A program made the position numbers and the translations under genes. Under the pieces are notes generated by a model. That model worked only from the letters and a program-made list of their open reading frames with translations. It did no database searches and was not told where the DNA came from. Below, piece after piece: positions 30,235 through 40,503 of a DNA stretch of 64,000 nt; within the stretch, counting starts at the first letter, position 1; each line of letters opens with the position of its first letter. Source of the stretch: an uncultured delta proteobacterium (GTDB lineage: Bacteria > Myxococcota > Kuafuiibacteriia > Kuafuiibacteriales > Kuafuiibacteriaceae); assembly GCA_963803435.1 (NCBI GenBank), contig CAWDML010000002.1:218340-282339 (forward strand), in the 5' to 3' direction.

Positions 30235-30558
30235 ATGCTGACGCAAGCAGCCGGCTCTGCGTGGACCCCGCGCGCCGACGTGTACCGCACCGCGACCGGA
30301 TGGCTGATCAAGCTCGATCTGGCGGGTGTGGCGAGCAGCGATCTCGAGGTGGTGCTCGACGGCCGCATTCTCCGCGTCATGGGGGTGCGCCGCGATCGCA
30401 ATGTGCTCGTGGGGCTGGTGCCGTACGCGATCGAGATCTCGTACAGCCGCTTCGAGCGGGTCTTCGAGCTCCCCGAGCGTGCCGAGCAGGTATCGGTGTC
30501 GACCGAGCACGACCGCGGGATGGTCCTGATCCGGCTGGAGGAGGCACGCGATGGCTGA
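30235..30558 (+). CDS. Hsp20/alpha-crystallin small heat shock protein
   Basis: WTPRADVY, DLAGV, EISYSRFERVFELP, GMVLIRL. Confidence 0.88.
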   Translation: MLTQAAGSAWTPRADVYRTATGWLIKLDLAGVASSDLEVVLDGRILRVMGVRRDRNVLVGLVPYAIEISYSRFERVFELPERAEQVSVSTEHDRGMVLIRLEEARDG

Positions 30559-32881
30559 GCTCGAGACCCTTCCCGTACTTCCGCTGCGAACCGGCGCGCT
30601 CTTCCCCTATGCCGTCATGCCGGTCACCGTGGGTCGACCGCACTCCGAGAGCGCCGTGGAGTCGGCGCTCGCCAGCGAGGAGAAGATGCTCTTCGTGGTG
30701 GGCATGAAGGACGCGCAGGTCGAGATCCCCAGCGAGGGCGACCTTCACACCGTTGGGACGATCGCCGTGATCACCCAGATGAAGCGGCTCGACGGCGCGG
30801 CGATTCAGCTCATCATCAGCGGTGTGGAGCGCGCCGAGATCGAGTCCATCCGGTCGACCGAGCCTCACCTGGTCGCCCGCGTCCGTCGCACGCCGCTCAC
30901 TGCCGAGGATGGCGCCGACGTCGAGGGTCTGGGCCGCGCGGTGATCGGGCTGGCGCAGCGCGCCGCTCGGCTCGCCGATCCGAACGGCCGGATCGATCTG
31001 GAGGCGATGGTCGGCCGCGAGGCGGAGCCCGGGAAGATCGCGTTCTTCGTCGCCTCGCTGTTCGGGCTGAGCGGCGAGCAGGCGCAGCAGATCCTTCAGG
31101 CGCCGAGCGCGCGGGCGGCCCTCGAGAGCCTGCGAGAGCTGATCGGTCACGAGATCGCCGTGCTCGAGGTGAAGGAGTCGATCACCAAGCGCACGGCCAG
31201 CGAGCTCTCCGAACAGCAGCGGGAGCACATCCTGAGGCAGCAGCTCCGCACCATCCAGGCCGAGCTCGGCGAGGACGATCCGGAGAAGGCCGAGCTGGCG
31301 CTGATCGAGCAGCGGATCCGCGAGGCCGATCTGCCCGAGCAGGCCCGCGAAGAGGTCGGCAAGGAGATGGAACGGATGCGCCGGCTGCCCGCGATCTCGC
31401 AGGAGTATCACGTCATTCGCTCGCGCATCGAGCTGATCCTCGACCTTCCCTGGAGGAAGACCACCGCTCATGAGATCGACATCGCGGCAGCGCGCGTGAT
31501 CCTCGACGAGGACCACCACGATCTCGAGGATGTGAAGGAGCGGATCCTGGAGCACCTGGCGGTGCTGAGCCTGAACCCGTCGGCGAAGGCGCCGATCGTC
31601 TGCTTCGTCGGGCCTCCCGGCGTCGGCAAGACCTCGGTCGGCCGCTCGATCGCACGCGCGCTGGGTCGAACCTTCGAGCGCTTGAGCCTGGGCGGCCTCC
31701 ACGACGAGGCGGAGCTGCGCGGTCACCGGCGTACGTACATCGGCGCGATGCCGGGACGCATCATCCAGGCGATCCGGGCGGCTGGTACCTGCGACCCGGT
31801 CCTAATGCTGGACGAGGTCGACAAGCTGGGGCGGGACTTCCGCGGTGATCCGGCGGCGGCGCTCCTCGAGATCCTCGACCCCGAGCAGCACGACAGCTTC
31901 CACGACAACTATCTCGATCTCCCGTTCGATCTGTCGAAGGTCTTCTTCCTGACCACCGCCAACACGCTCGACAGCATCCCGAGCCCGCTGCTCGATCGGA
32001 TGGAGATCATCCACCTCCCCGGATACACGGATGAGGATAAGCGCGCGATCGCGGAGCGTTTCCTGATCCCACGACAGCGGGCCCAGGCAGGCCTGTCACC
32101 GGAGCAGCTCGCGATCGATCCGACCGTCATCGGCGAGCTGGTCGCGCACTACACGCGCGAGGCCGGCGTGCGCCAGCTCGAGCAGCGGATCGGATCCCTG
32201 GCGCGCAAGGTGGCGCTCCGGATCGCCGAGCACCGTCCCTCCGTCCACCTCGGCGTGGAGGACCTGCCGGAGCTCCTGGGGCCCGCGCCGTACGCACGTG
32301 AGCGCTGGCGCAGTTCGATGCCGGCGGGCGTGGCGCCGGGAATGGCCTGGACCGAAGCGGGCGGCGACATCCTCTATGTAGAGGCGACGCTGCTCCCCGA
32401 GAGCCGCGGTCTGGTGCTGACCGGGCACCTCGGCGAGGTCATGAAGGAGTCGGCGCAGGCGGCGCTGAGCTACCTCTGGTCCAACGCGCAGGCCCTCGGG
32501 ATCGATCCCCAGCGTCTCGAGCGCTCGGGCATCCACGTGCACGTGCCGGCGGGTGCGACGCCGAAGGACGGACCGTCGGCCGGCGTCACCATGGCGACGG
32601 CGATCGCGTCGTTGATCACCGGCGTCCCGGTCCGAACCGATACCGCGATGACCGGCGAGGTCACGCTGACCGGGTTGGTGCTTCGCGTCGGTGGGATCCG
32701 CGAGAAGGTCCTGGCGGCGTCTCGCCTCGGTATCCGGCGCGTGATCCTCCCGCAGGAGAACTCCGTCGATCTACCCGAGCTCCCCGAAGAGGTGCGCCGG
32801 CAGACCGAGTTCGTGCTGGTCTCGTCGGTCGATCAAGTCCTGCAGGCCGCGCTGACTCCAGCCGACCGCGCGGCGGCCTGA
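30551..32881 (+). CDS. lon: ATP-dependent protease La
   Basis: LON N-domain, GPPGVGKTS, RGHRRTYIGAMPGRI, PKDGPSAG, GGIREK. Confidence 0.96.
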   Translation: MAELETLPVLPLRTGALFPYAVMPVTVGRPHSESAVESALASEEKMLFVVGMKDAQVEIPSEGDLHTVGTIAVITQMKRLDGAAIQLIISGVERAEIESIRSTEPHLVARVRRTPLTAEDGADVEGLGRAVIGLAQRAARLADPNGRIDLEAMVGREAEPGKIAFFVASLFGLSGEQAQQILQAPSARAALESLRELIGHEIAVLEVKESITKRTASELSEQQREHILRQQLRTIQAELGEDDPEKAELALIEQRIREADLPEQAREEVGKEMERMRRLPAISQEYHVIRSRIELILDLPWRKTTAHEIDIAAARVILDEDHHDLEDVKERILEHLAVLSLNPSAKAPIVCFVGPPGVGKTSVGRSIARALGRTFERLSLGGLHDEAELRGHRRTYIGAMPGRIIQAIRAAGTCDPVLMLDEVDKLGRDFRGDPAAALLEILDPEQHDSFHDNYLDLPFDLSKVFFLTTANTLDSIPSPLLDRMEIIHLPGYTDEDKRAIAERFLIPRQRAQAGLSPEQLAIDPTVIGELVAHYTREAGVRQLEQRIGSLARKVALRIAEHRPSVHLGVEDLPELLGPAPYARERWRSSMPAGVAPGMAWTEAGGDILYVEATLLPESRGLVLTGHLGEVMKESAQAALSYLWSNAQALGIDPQRLERSGIHVHVPAGATPKDGPSAGVTMATAIASLITGVPVRTDTAMTGEVTLTGLVLRVGGIREKVLAASRLGIRRVILPQENSVDLPELPEEVRRQTEFVLVSSVDQVLQAALTPADRAAA

Positions 32882-32887
32882 GCCTCG

Positions 32888-34537
32888 TCAGACGAGCCCG
32901 ACGATGTTCCCGTCGACGAGATTGATCCGCTCGGCGGCGGGCCGCTTGGGGAGCCCAGGCATCCGCAGGATCTCTCCGGTGAGCACGACCAGGAATCCGG
33001 CGCCGGAGTTGATCCGGATGTTGCGGACGGTGATGTCGAAGTCGGTGGGACGCCCGGCGAGCTTGGGGTTGTCGGAGAGCGAGCTCTGCGTCTTGGCGAT
33101 GCAGACCGGGAGGTTCTGGTAGCCGAGGCGAGTGATGTCCTGGAGATCGGCCTCCGCGGTCTTTGCGTAGACCACACCGCGCGCTCCGTACATCTTCGAG
33201 GCGACCGCGAGGATCTTGTCCCGGACCGGCGCCTCGAGCTCGTACAGCGGCGTCAGCGGACCGGGCTCCTGATCGGCGTGCGCCATCACCGTGCGCGCCA
33301 GCTCCTCGGCACCCTCGCCGCCCCGGGCGTAGTGGTCGGAGAGCGCGAACGGCGCCGACAGCCTCCGGCACGCCGCCCGGACCACCTCGATCTCCTCGGC
33401 GGTGTCGGCGTGAAAGCGGTTGAGCACGACCACCGGGGTCCCGCCGAACATCCGGATGCTCTCCACGTGCTTGATCAGGTTCGGCAGGCCGCGCTGCACC
33501 GCCTCGGCGTCCGCTGCCTCGAGGTCGGCTGCGGAGTGGCCGCCGTGCATCTTGAGCGCACGGACGGTGGCCACCAGCACCACGGCGGCCGTATTGAGGC
33601 CGGCGGACCGCAGCTTGATGTCGTAGAACTTCTCGGCGCCCAGGTCGAAGCCGAAGCCGGCCTCGGTCACCGTCCAGTCGGCGAAGTGCATCGCCGCGCG
33701 GGTCGCGATCAGACTGTTGCACCCGTGGGCGATGTTGGCGAACGGCCCGCCGTGGACGAAGGCCGGCGTGCCCTCGCGCGTCTGCACCAGGTTGGGGTGG
33801 ATGGCGTCGCGGAGGAGCGCCAGCATCGCGCCGGTGACGCCGACCTGGGCGGCCAGCACCGGACGCTCGTCCTTGGTGAAGGCGATCAGCGTGCGATCGA
33901 TGCGGGCTCGGAGGTCGTCGAGGTCGGAGGCGAGACAGAGCATCGCCATCAGCTCGGAGGCTGCGGTGATGTCGAAGACGGTCTCACGCGGGACGCCGTT
34001 CGGCTTGCCGCCGAGACCCATCACCAGGTTGCGCAGCGCGCGGTCGTTCATGTCGAGCACGCGCGGCCAGAGCACGCGGCGCGGCTCGAGCTGGAGGTCG
34101 GACTCGAAGTGGAGGTGATTGTCGATCGCGGCGGCCAGCAGGTTGTGCGCCGAGGTGATGGCGTGGAAGTCACCGGTGAAGTGGAGGTTGATCCGGTCCG
34201 AGGGGATCAGGTGGCTCTTGCCCCCGCCGGTCCCGCCGCCCTTCAAGCCCATGCAGGGGCCGAGCGACGGCTCCCGCAGCGCGATGCACACCGACTCGCC
34301 GAGGCGCGCCAGGCCGTCGCCCAGCCCGATGGTGGTGGTGGTCTTCCCCTCGCCGGCCTTGGTGGGAGTGATCGCCGAGACCAGCACCAGCCGAGGCCGC
34401 CCCGGGCGCGGGCGCGGACCCGAGAGCGCCGACAGATCGACCTTCGCCATCTCGCGGCCGAAGGGGATGAGGGCGCTGTGGGGGACGCCGAGCGAACCAG
34501 CCAGGTCGGTGATCGAGCGCGGCAAGCCGTCCTGCAT
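32888..34537 (-). CDS. fhs: Formate--tetrahydrofolate ligase
   Basis: TPTKAGEGKTTT, REPSLGP, INLHFTGDFHAI, HGGPFANIAHG, EAGFGFDLGAEKF. Confidence 0.97.
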   Translation of the reverse strand: MQDGLPRSITDLAGSLGVPHSALIPFGREMAKVDLSALSGPRPRPGRPRLVLVSAITPTKAGEGKTTTTIGLGDGLARLGESVCIALREPSLGPCMGLKGGGTGGGKSHLIPSDRINLHFTGDFHAITSAHNLLAAAIDNHLHFESDLQLEPRRVLWPRVLDMNDRALRNLVMGLGGKPNGVPRETVFDITAASELMAMLCLASDLDDLRARIDRTLIAFTKDERPVLAAQVGVTGAMLALLRDAIHPNLVQTREGTPAFVHGGPFANIAHGCNSLIATRAAMHFADWTVTEAGFGFDLGAEKFYDIKLRSAGLNTAAVVLVATVRALKMHGGHSAADLEAADAEAVQRGLPNLIKHVESIRMFGGTPVVVLNRFHADTAEEIEVVRAACRRLSAPFALSDHYARGGEGAEELARTVMAHADQEPGPLTPLYELEAPVRDKILAVASKMYGARGVVYAKTAEADLQDITRLGYQNLPVCIAKTQSSLSDNPKLAGRPTDFDITVRNIRINSGAGFLVVLTGEILRMPGLPKRPAAERINLVDGNIVGLV

Positions 34538-34557
34538 CCGGCGAGCATAGCCGCGGG

Positions 34558-34767
34558 TCAGTGGCAGCGGAAGCTGGTGTTGGTCGGGGAGGTGCCGCAG
34601 CTGCTCTTCCCGCTATAGGGGAGGGTTCTGACGTTGATCCAGTTGACCACCATGCGCCCTCGATTCGTGCCCGAAGTCCCGTTGGATCCGTGGCTCAGGT
34701 GACAGTTCTGGCAGTGGTAGCCGCTGTGGTTGCTCCGATGCTGCGATGAGTTACCGGTCTTGAACAT
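34558..34767 (-). pseudogene. Orphan cytochrome c-like C-terminal fragment
   Basis: CQNCH heme motif followed by HGS...SC...CH; no signal peptide, only 69 aa. Confidence 0.45.
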
Positions 34768-34837
34768 CGAGGGGTCGGTGCCTTCGCGTTCCCACTCGGC
34801 TTCGTCGCGCGAAGCTGGGTCCGAGATGAATCCTTGC

Positions 34838-35560
34838 TCAAGGCGCGATCTTGAGAAGAATCCCGACCAGGTAGCCCACCAGCGCGCTGGCGGTACCGAT
34901 GACCATCATTTCGAGGCCGCTCCTCGACGGCTTTCCCACCGTCAGCTTCGCCTTGTAGGCCCCCAGCGCGAACAGCACTGCGGCGGAGACGACGATCGAG
35001 AGCCAGATGCCCACATCGACCGAGACCAGCATGAAAGGGAGCAGCGGGATCAGCGAGCCGACGATGGCCGCGATCCCGACCACGAGGGCGGAGCGGAGCG
35101 CGGTGCTGCGGTTGATCGGCGCGAGCTTGTGCTCCTCCACCATCATCAGCGCGACCCATACGTCCTTGCTGGCGGTGATGGTCTCGACGATCTGATCCAG
35201 GAACGCGCCCTCGAAGCCCTTGTCTCGATAGATCTGCCGGACCTCCTCGCGCTCGAGGTTGGGCGCGTCGCGCAGGTGCCGGTACTCCCGCGCCCGCTCG
35301 CTCTCATAGAGGTCGGCGCGGGCGCGGGTCGAGGTGTACGCGACTGCAGCCATCGACACCGACTCCGCGAACGTCGCCGCCAGCCCGGCGACCATCACCA
35401 CCCGCACGTCCTCGGTCGCCGCCGCCACGCCGAGGATCACGCCGAGGACGTTCACCAGCCCGTCCTGTCCGCCGAGGATCACGTCGGAGAGCTTCGACTC
35501 GGATCGATGGGGATCGCGCTCTTCGTGCTGGATGACCTCCTCCTGGGGGACGTTCTCCAT
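34838..35560 (-). CDS. VIT1/CCC1 family Fe/Mn transporter
   Basis: DVILGGQDGLV, AESVSMAA, EREEVRQIY..KG; ATG at 35560. Confidence 0.92.
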   Translation of the reverse strand: MENVPQEEVIQHEERDPHRSESKLSDVILGGQDGLVNVLGVILGVAAATEDVRVVMVAGLAATFAESVSMAAVAYTSTRARADLYESERAREYRHLRDAPNLEREEVRQIYRDKGFEGAFLDQIVETITASKDVWVALMMVEEHKLAPINRSTALRSALVVGIAAIVGSLIPLLPFMLVSVDVGIWLSIVVSAAVLFALGAYKAKLTVGKPSRSGLEMMVIGTASALVGYLVGILLKIAP

Positions 35561-35704
35561 GACGCGCGACCTTCTCACGATTCTGTGACCTGTGGGCTGG
35601 ACCCCACAATTGGGTGACGCCTCTGCAGCGCAGGTGTCCCGGCGAATCGCCGAGGGATCGAGTGGCTCGACCGCGGCACGATCCTTGGAAGCGCTCCAGC
35701 CCGG

Positions 35705-36115
35705 ATGACCACGGGCTTTCTCTTGGAGCGCGCGATCCTCGCCGCCCTTTGTCGGGGCACGACCGAGCGGTTCGAGCTGCCCGCGCACGCGCTGCCTCGG
35801 CTGTGCCGGGTGCGCGACCAGGCGGCCTCGGGCTCGGCCGCGGCCGCCGAGCTCTATCGGGTGCTCCAGCTGGTGGTCGCGCTGCGCGAGTCGCTCGATT
35901 CGCCGACCGCGGCGGCGCGGCTCGAGGTGCTGGCGCACGGCGCGCCGGAGGTCCTCGATCAGCTGCGGCAGCGCCTCGGTCGCTCCCGATCGATGGACGA
36001 GACCCGAAGGTTCCTCAGGAGCGAAGGACGCGAGGTCGCCCTGCGCGCGCCTGGATTGCCCGAGTCATGGAGGAAGCGCGCACGCGAAGCGGCTCGTGAA
36101 GGAGAGGATCGATGA
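35705..36115 (+). CDS. Hypothetical helical protein coupled to the next gene
   Basis: 136 aa; ATGA overlap with 36112. Confidence 0.6.
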   Translation: MTTGFLLERAILAALCRGTTERFELPAHALPRLCRVRDQAASGSAAAAELYRVLQLVVALRESLDSPTAAARLEVLAHGAPEVLDQLRQRLGRSRSMDETRRFLRSEGREVALRAPGLPESWRKRAREAAREGEDR

Positions 36116-37488
36116 CAGAGGATGTCAGCAGCGTACGCAGCGAACGGATCGACCGGACCACACGCACTCCCGAGAAGACGCTCGACACGAAGGAGGAGGA
36201 CGCGATCCGCGGCGCCGCCAACGCGGTGCAGCCCACGCAGATCGCGGCGACGCTCGGCGTGGGCGACGGCTACGAGCCCGGTACCGGCGACCGGAACAAG
36301 GTCGCCGGTCCGTCGCCGGTGCAGTCCGCGATGTCGCTCCCCATCGGAGCGTTCGTGGGGACGGGCTCGCCGATCTCGTCGTCCGACACGGTGCGCCGGA
36401 TGGGAGAGCTCGGCGCCCTCGGCAACGGCGCGGCGGCGCGGTTCGATCGGTCTCAGTACTCGGATCTCAGGACCGACGATCCCGGGGCCCCGTTCACCGG
36501 CTCGGGCGCCACCGGCATCAGCCCGACCCGGGGCGCCATCCCCGTCGGCGACCTGGCGGCGCTCGCGCGCTACGATCAGGGAGAGCGGGACCTGAGGGCG
36601 CTGCGGGCTCAGCGCGAGCAGATCGAGCAGGCGGGCTTCAATCGCCCGCCCGGCATCTCGGACAGCATGGAGCAGCGCCGGCAGGAGATCGTCAACAATC
36701 AACTCCGGCTCAACCGCGGCAACATCGAGATGACCAACCGCGTGATGGATGCGCTCCAGCCGACGGTCGACAGCTACAAGAACCCGTTGAGCGAGAACCC
36801 GGCGGTGAGCGGAGATCCGAAGGATCTCTTCGATGAGCAGACCCGTACGCGCCAGGCCCAGCTGCTCCTCAACCAGCCGATCAGCACGATCCATGGCGAC
36901 GCCTACGGTGACCGGATCCCGACGCGCGCGGAGGTGATCAGCGCGGCGGCGGCGAAGTACAACCTGGACCCCGCGGTGCTCTCCGGCGTCATCCTCCACG
37001 AGCAGCGCGATCAGTCGCAGAAGGAAGACGCGGCGGACTTCGGAGGCGCGACGCTCGCTGGACGCGACACCAGCATCGGCCTCGGTCAGATCCTGATGAG
37101 TACGGGGACCCGCAACAACGCCGAGCTGCTCTCCGATACGGTCGACCCGGAGACGCGCGCCAACCTGAGCCGCAACGACGTGGCGCGTCTATTGACCTCG
37201 GACGAGCACAACATCTACGCGACGGCGCGGTACCTGCGGAGCGTGGCCGACCAGGGCGCGGCGGCCGGCTCGGACCCTGCCGCGCTCCCGAACACCCGGC
37301 GCGACTTCCCCGGCATCGACTTCAGCCAGTATGCAGGCAGCAACTGGAGCGACGCGAACATCCGGGCCATCGCTTCGGAGTACACCTCGCGACCGTGGGA
37401 CGATCGCAACGTGACTCCGGACGGCTATCCCCAGTTCGTTCTCGACGCGGTCAACGACGTCCGCCGGTCGGGCGTCTTCAATCGCTGA
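36112..37488 (+). CDS. Protein with disordered N-terminus and C-terminal lysozyme/transglycosylase-like domain
   Basis: ISAAAAKYNLDPAVLSGVILHEQ (SLT-like catalytic Glu), SIGLGQI, NIYATARYL. Confidence 0.72.
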   Translation: MTEDVSSVRSERIDRTTRTPEKTLDTKEEDAIRGAANAVQPTQIAATLGVGDGYEPGTGDRNKVAGPSPVQSAMSLPIGAFVGTGSPISSSDTVRRMGELGALGNGAAARFDRSQYSDLRTDDPGAPFTGSGATGISPTRGAIPVGDLAALARYDQGERDLRALRAQREQIEQAGFNRPPGISDSMEQRRQEIVNNQLRLNRGNIEMTNRVMDALQPTVDSYKNPLSENPAVSGDPKDLFDEQTRTRQAQLLLNQPISTIHGDAYGDRIPTRAEVISAAAAKYNLDPAVLSGVILHEQRDQSQKEDAADFGGATLAGRDTSIGLGQILMSTGTRNNAELLSDTVDPETRANLSRNDVARLLTSDEHNIYATARYLRSVADQGAAAGSDPAALPNTRRDFPGIDFSQYAGSNWSDANIRAIASEYTSRPWDDRNVTPDGYPQFVLDAVNDVRRSGVFNR

Positions 37489-40400
37489 CCGCCGTCATCA
37501 CCACGCGGACCAGCGCGGGGAGGAGCACGAGGCTCACCCCCGTCGAGACCACCAGCCCGCCGATCACCGCGGCCGCCAGCGGGCGCTGGAGCTCCGCGCC
37601 AGCGCCCAGACCCAAGGACAGCGGGAGCAGGCCGGCGATCGTCGCCACGGTCGTCATGAGGATCGGGCGCAGGCGGACGGTCCCGGCGTGGAGGAGGGCG
37701 TCGTCCACGGAGGCGCCGCCGTCGCGCGAGCGCTCGACCTGCTCGAGGAGAAGGATGCCGTTCTTGACGACGAGGCCCACCAGCAGGACGCAACCCATGA
37801 GCGCGGAGGCGTTGAGCGGAATGCCCGTGATCCACAGGGTCACCAGCGCGCCCACGACGGCCAGCGGCACCGAGGTGATGATCGCGACGGCCAGCCGAGG
37901 CCGCCGAAACTGGGCCAGCAGGAGGAGCAGCACGGCGAGCAGGCCGAAGCCCATGACGGAGGCGAGATCGCGGAACGTCGCCTGCTGCCCCTCGTACTGG
38001 CCGCCCAGCTCGAGGCGATAGCCCTCCGGGAGCTGGAAGCCGCGAAGGCGCTTCTGGACGTCGCGGACCACCGAGCCGAGATCTCGGCCCTCGTAGTCCG
38101 CCTCGACCACCACCACCGAGCGCAGGTTCTCGCGGAGCAGCTCCTGCGGCGCACCGGCCTGCTCGAGGCGCGCCACCGCCGACATCGACGCGAAGCCCTC
38201 GGGCCCAGCGAGGATCGGGAGCTGCGCGAGTCGTCCCGCGTCGAAGCGGACCTCGTCCGGGTAGCGCACCCGGATCCCAATCGGACGCTCGGGACGCCGG
38301 AGCGTCCCCACCACGACCCCGTGAAGAGCGGCGTCCAGGTCGCCTGCGATCGCCTCCGCGGTCTTGCCGACGCGTGCCGCCGCCGAGGTGTCCACGCGGA
38401 AACGCAGCTCGGGCGCGTCCTCGTCGAAGCCGGCGTAGAGATCGACCAGCCCCGGGACGCCCTCGAGACGGCCGGCCACCTCGGTGGCTGCTCGCTGGAG
38501 GACCCGGTAGTCCTCGCCGAACAGCTTGATCTCGATCGGACGCGCCGTGCCCGAGAGGTCGTTGAGCACGTCCTGGAGCACCTGCACGAACTCGACGCGT
38601 GGCTCGTGGAGCGCGCGCGCGATCCGGTCGCGGGCGTCAGAGATCACCTCCTCGCCGGAGCGCGATCGATCCGCGCGCAGGCGCACCATGATGTCGCCCC
38701 GGCTGACCTGTGTCGCCGCTGCGGGTCCGAGCTCGGCGCCGGTGCGTCGCGAGTAGCTCTCGATCTCCGGGATCTTCTGGAGGATCGCCTCGATCTTGCG
38801 TGCGGCCGCGTCGGTGTCCTCCAGCGAGGTGCCGGCGGGGAGGAAGTAGTCGAGGACGAACGCGCCCTCGTCCATGGTGGGCAGAAAGCCGGTACCCACC
38901 GAGAACGCACCCAGGACGCCGAAGGCGAGGAGGGCGACCGAAAGGATCACGCCCAGCCAGGGGCGGCGGAGGAGCGGCCGGAGCACCGAGAGGTAGAGGC
39001 CCACGTAGGCGGGCGCGCGCTCCGGCCGGGCCGCAGGTTTCATGAAGCGGGCGGCGGCCAGCGGGACGATCGATACGGCGATCAGGAGCGAGAGCAGCAC
39101 CGAGGCCGAGAGCGTGATCGCCAGCGCCGCGAAGAAGTCGCCCACCACCCCGTGCAGGCCGGCCAGCGGGAGGAAGACGATCACCGTGGTCAGCGTCGTG
39201 CCGATCAGCGGGCCCATCAGATCCTGCGCCCCGCGCTGCCACGCGACCGAAGGCGGATCGCCCTCTTCGAGCCGGCGGCGGATCGCCTCGACGACCACGA
39301 TCGCGTCGTCGATGACCAGCCCGATCGCGACGGCGAGCCCGCCCAGCGACATCAGGTTCAAGCTCTGGCCCAAGAGGCGGGCGGGGACGAACGTGATCGC
39401 CAGCGTGAGCGGCAGCGCCAGCGAAGCGACCAGACCCCCCGCAGATCGCGAAGGAACAGCGCGATCACGGCGACGCAGAGGATGATGCCGAGGATGATGG
39501 CGTCGCGCACCGACCGGATCGACTGGTCGACCAGGAGCGCCTGGTCGTAGACCGGCTGGGCCCGCACGCCCTTCGGGAGCGTCGGCTCGAGGTCGTGCAT
39601 GACGGCCTTGACGTCCCGGACCACGTCCGAGGCGCTCGCGCCGGGCAGGCGGCTCACGCTCACCAGCACGGTCTCGCCTCCCGGTCCGGAGACACGGAGC
39701 AGTCGGTCCTCGGCGCCCTCCTCGATCTTCGCGATCGCCGACAACGGTACCGGGCTCCCGTCGGAGGCGATGGCGACGGGGACTCCGCGCAGATCTTCCT
39801 TCTGGTAGGGCTCGCTCGACAGCATCACCGTCGCCAGCGAGTGCGCCTCGTTCAGGCGCCCGACGGCGGAGAGCACCGTCTCCGCACGGACCTGGTCGGC
39901 GACCGCCTTCGGGCTCAGGTGGAGCGCCGCCGCCTGGGCGGGATCGACGATCACCTCAATCTCGCGGATGTCCCCGCCGAGCACCTCCACGTTTCCCACG
40001 CCGCGGATGCGGGAGAGGGCGGGGCGGAGGATCAGCTCCCCGATCTCGTGAAGCCGCCTGGGATCGATGTCGCCGGTGAGGTTGAACGTGACCACCGGGA
40101 ACGAGGTGGTGGTCAGACGCTCCACCACGATGTCGACGTCCGCGGGGAGCGAGCTCCGGGCGTCACCGACGCGGGACTCGACGAGCTGCAGCGCCCGCCA
40201 CATGTCCATGCCGGGGGCGAACTGGAGCGACAGCTCGGCGGCGCCGCGGATCGTTCGAGCGCGGATCCGCTCGAGCCCGAGGACGGTGGCCAGCTCGGTC
40301 TCGAGGGGACGGGTCAGGGCGAGCTCGGTGACGTCGGCCGGCGAGTCACCGCCCTTCGCCACCACCACGATGCGCGGGAACTCGACCTCCGGGTAGATGC

Positions 40401-40503
40401 CGCTCGGCATCGTGGAGGCCAGCACCGCCCCACTGGCCGCGAGCCCGAGCGCGGCGATCCACGCCAGCGTCTCGTGCCTCGACAGCCATCCGTAGGCGCT
40501 CAC
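37478..40503 (-). CDS. RND efflux permease (CusA/CzcA/AcrB family; frameshifts near 39370-39440)
   Basis: YPEVEFPRIVV, NLMSLGGLAVAIGLVIDDAIVVVE, GLVVKNGILL, RLRPILMTT. Confidence 0.9.

Noticed and set aside
28097-30510. Long overlapping ORFs (680, 701 and 253 aa) and similar antisense ORFs such as 54313-56898
   Set aside because: R/P/A/G-rich shadow frames typical of high-GC DNA, overlapping well-supported genes.
30235-32881. hsp20-lon coupling
   Set aside because: Ordinary protein quality-control pairing.
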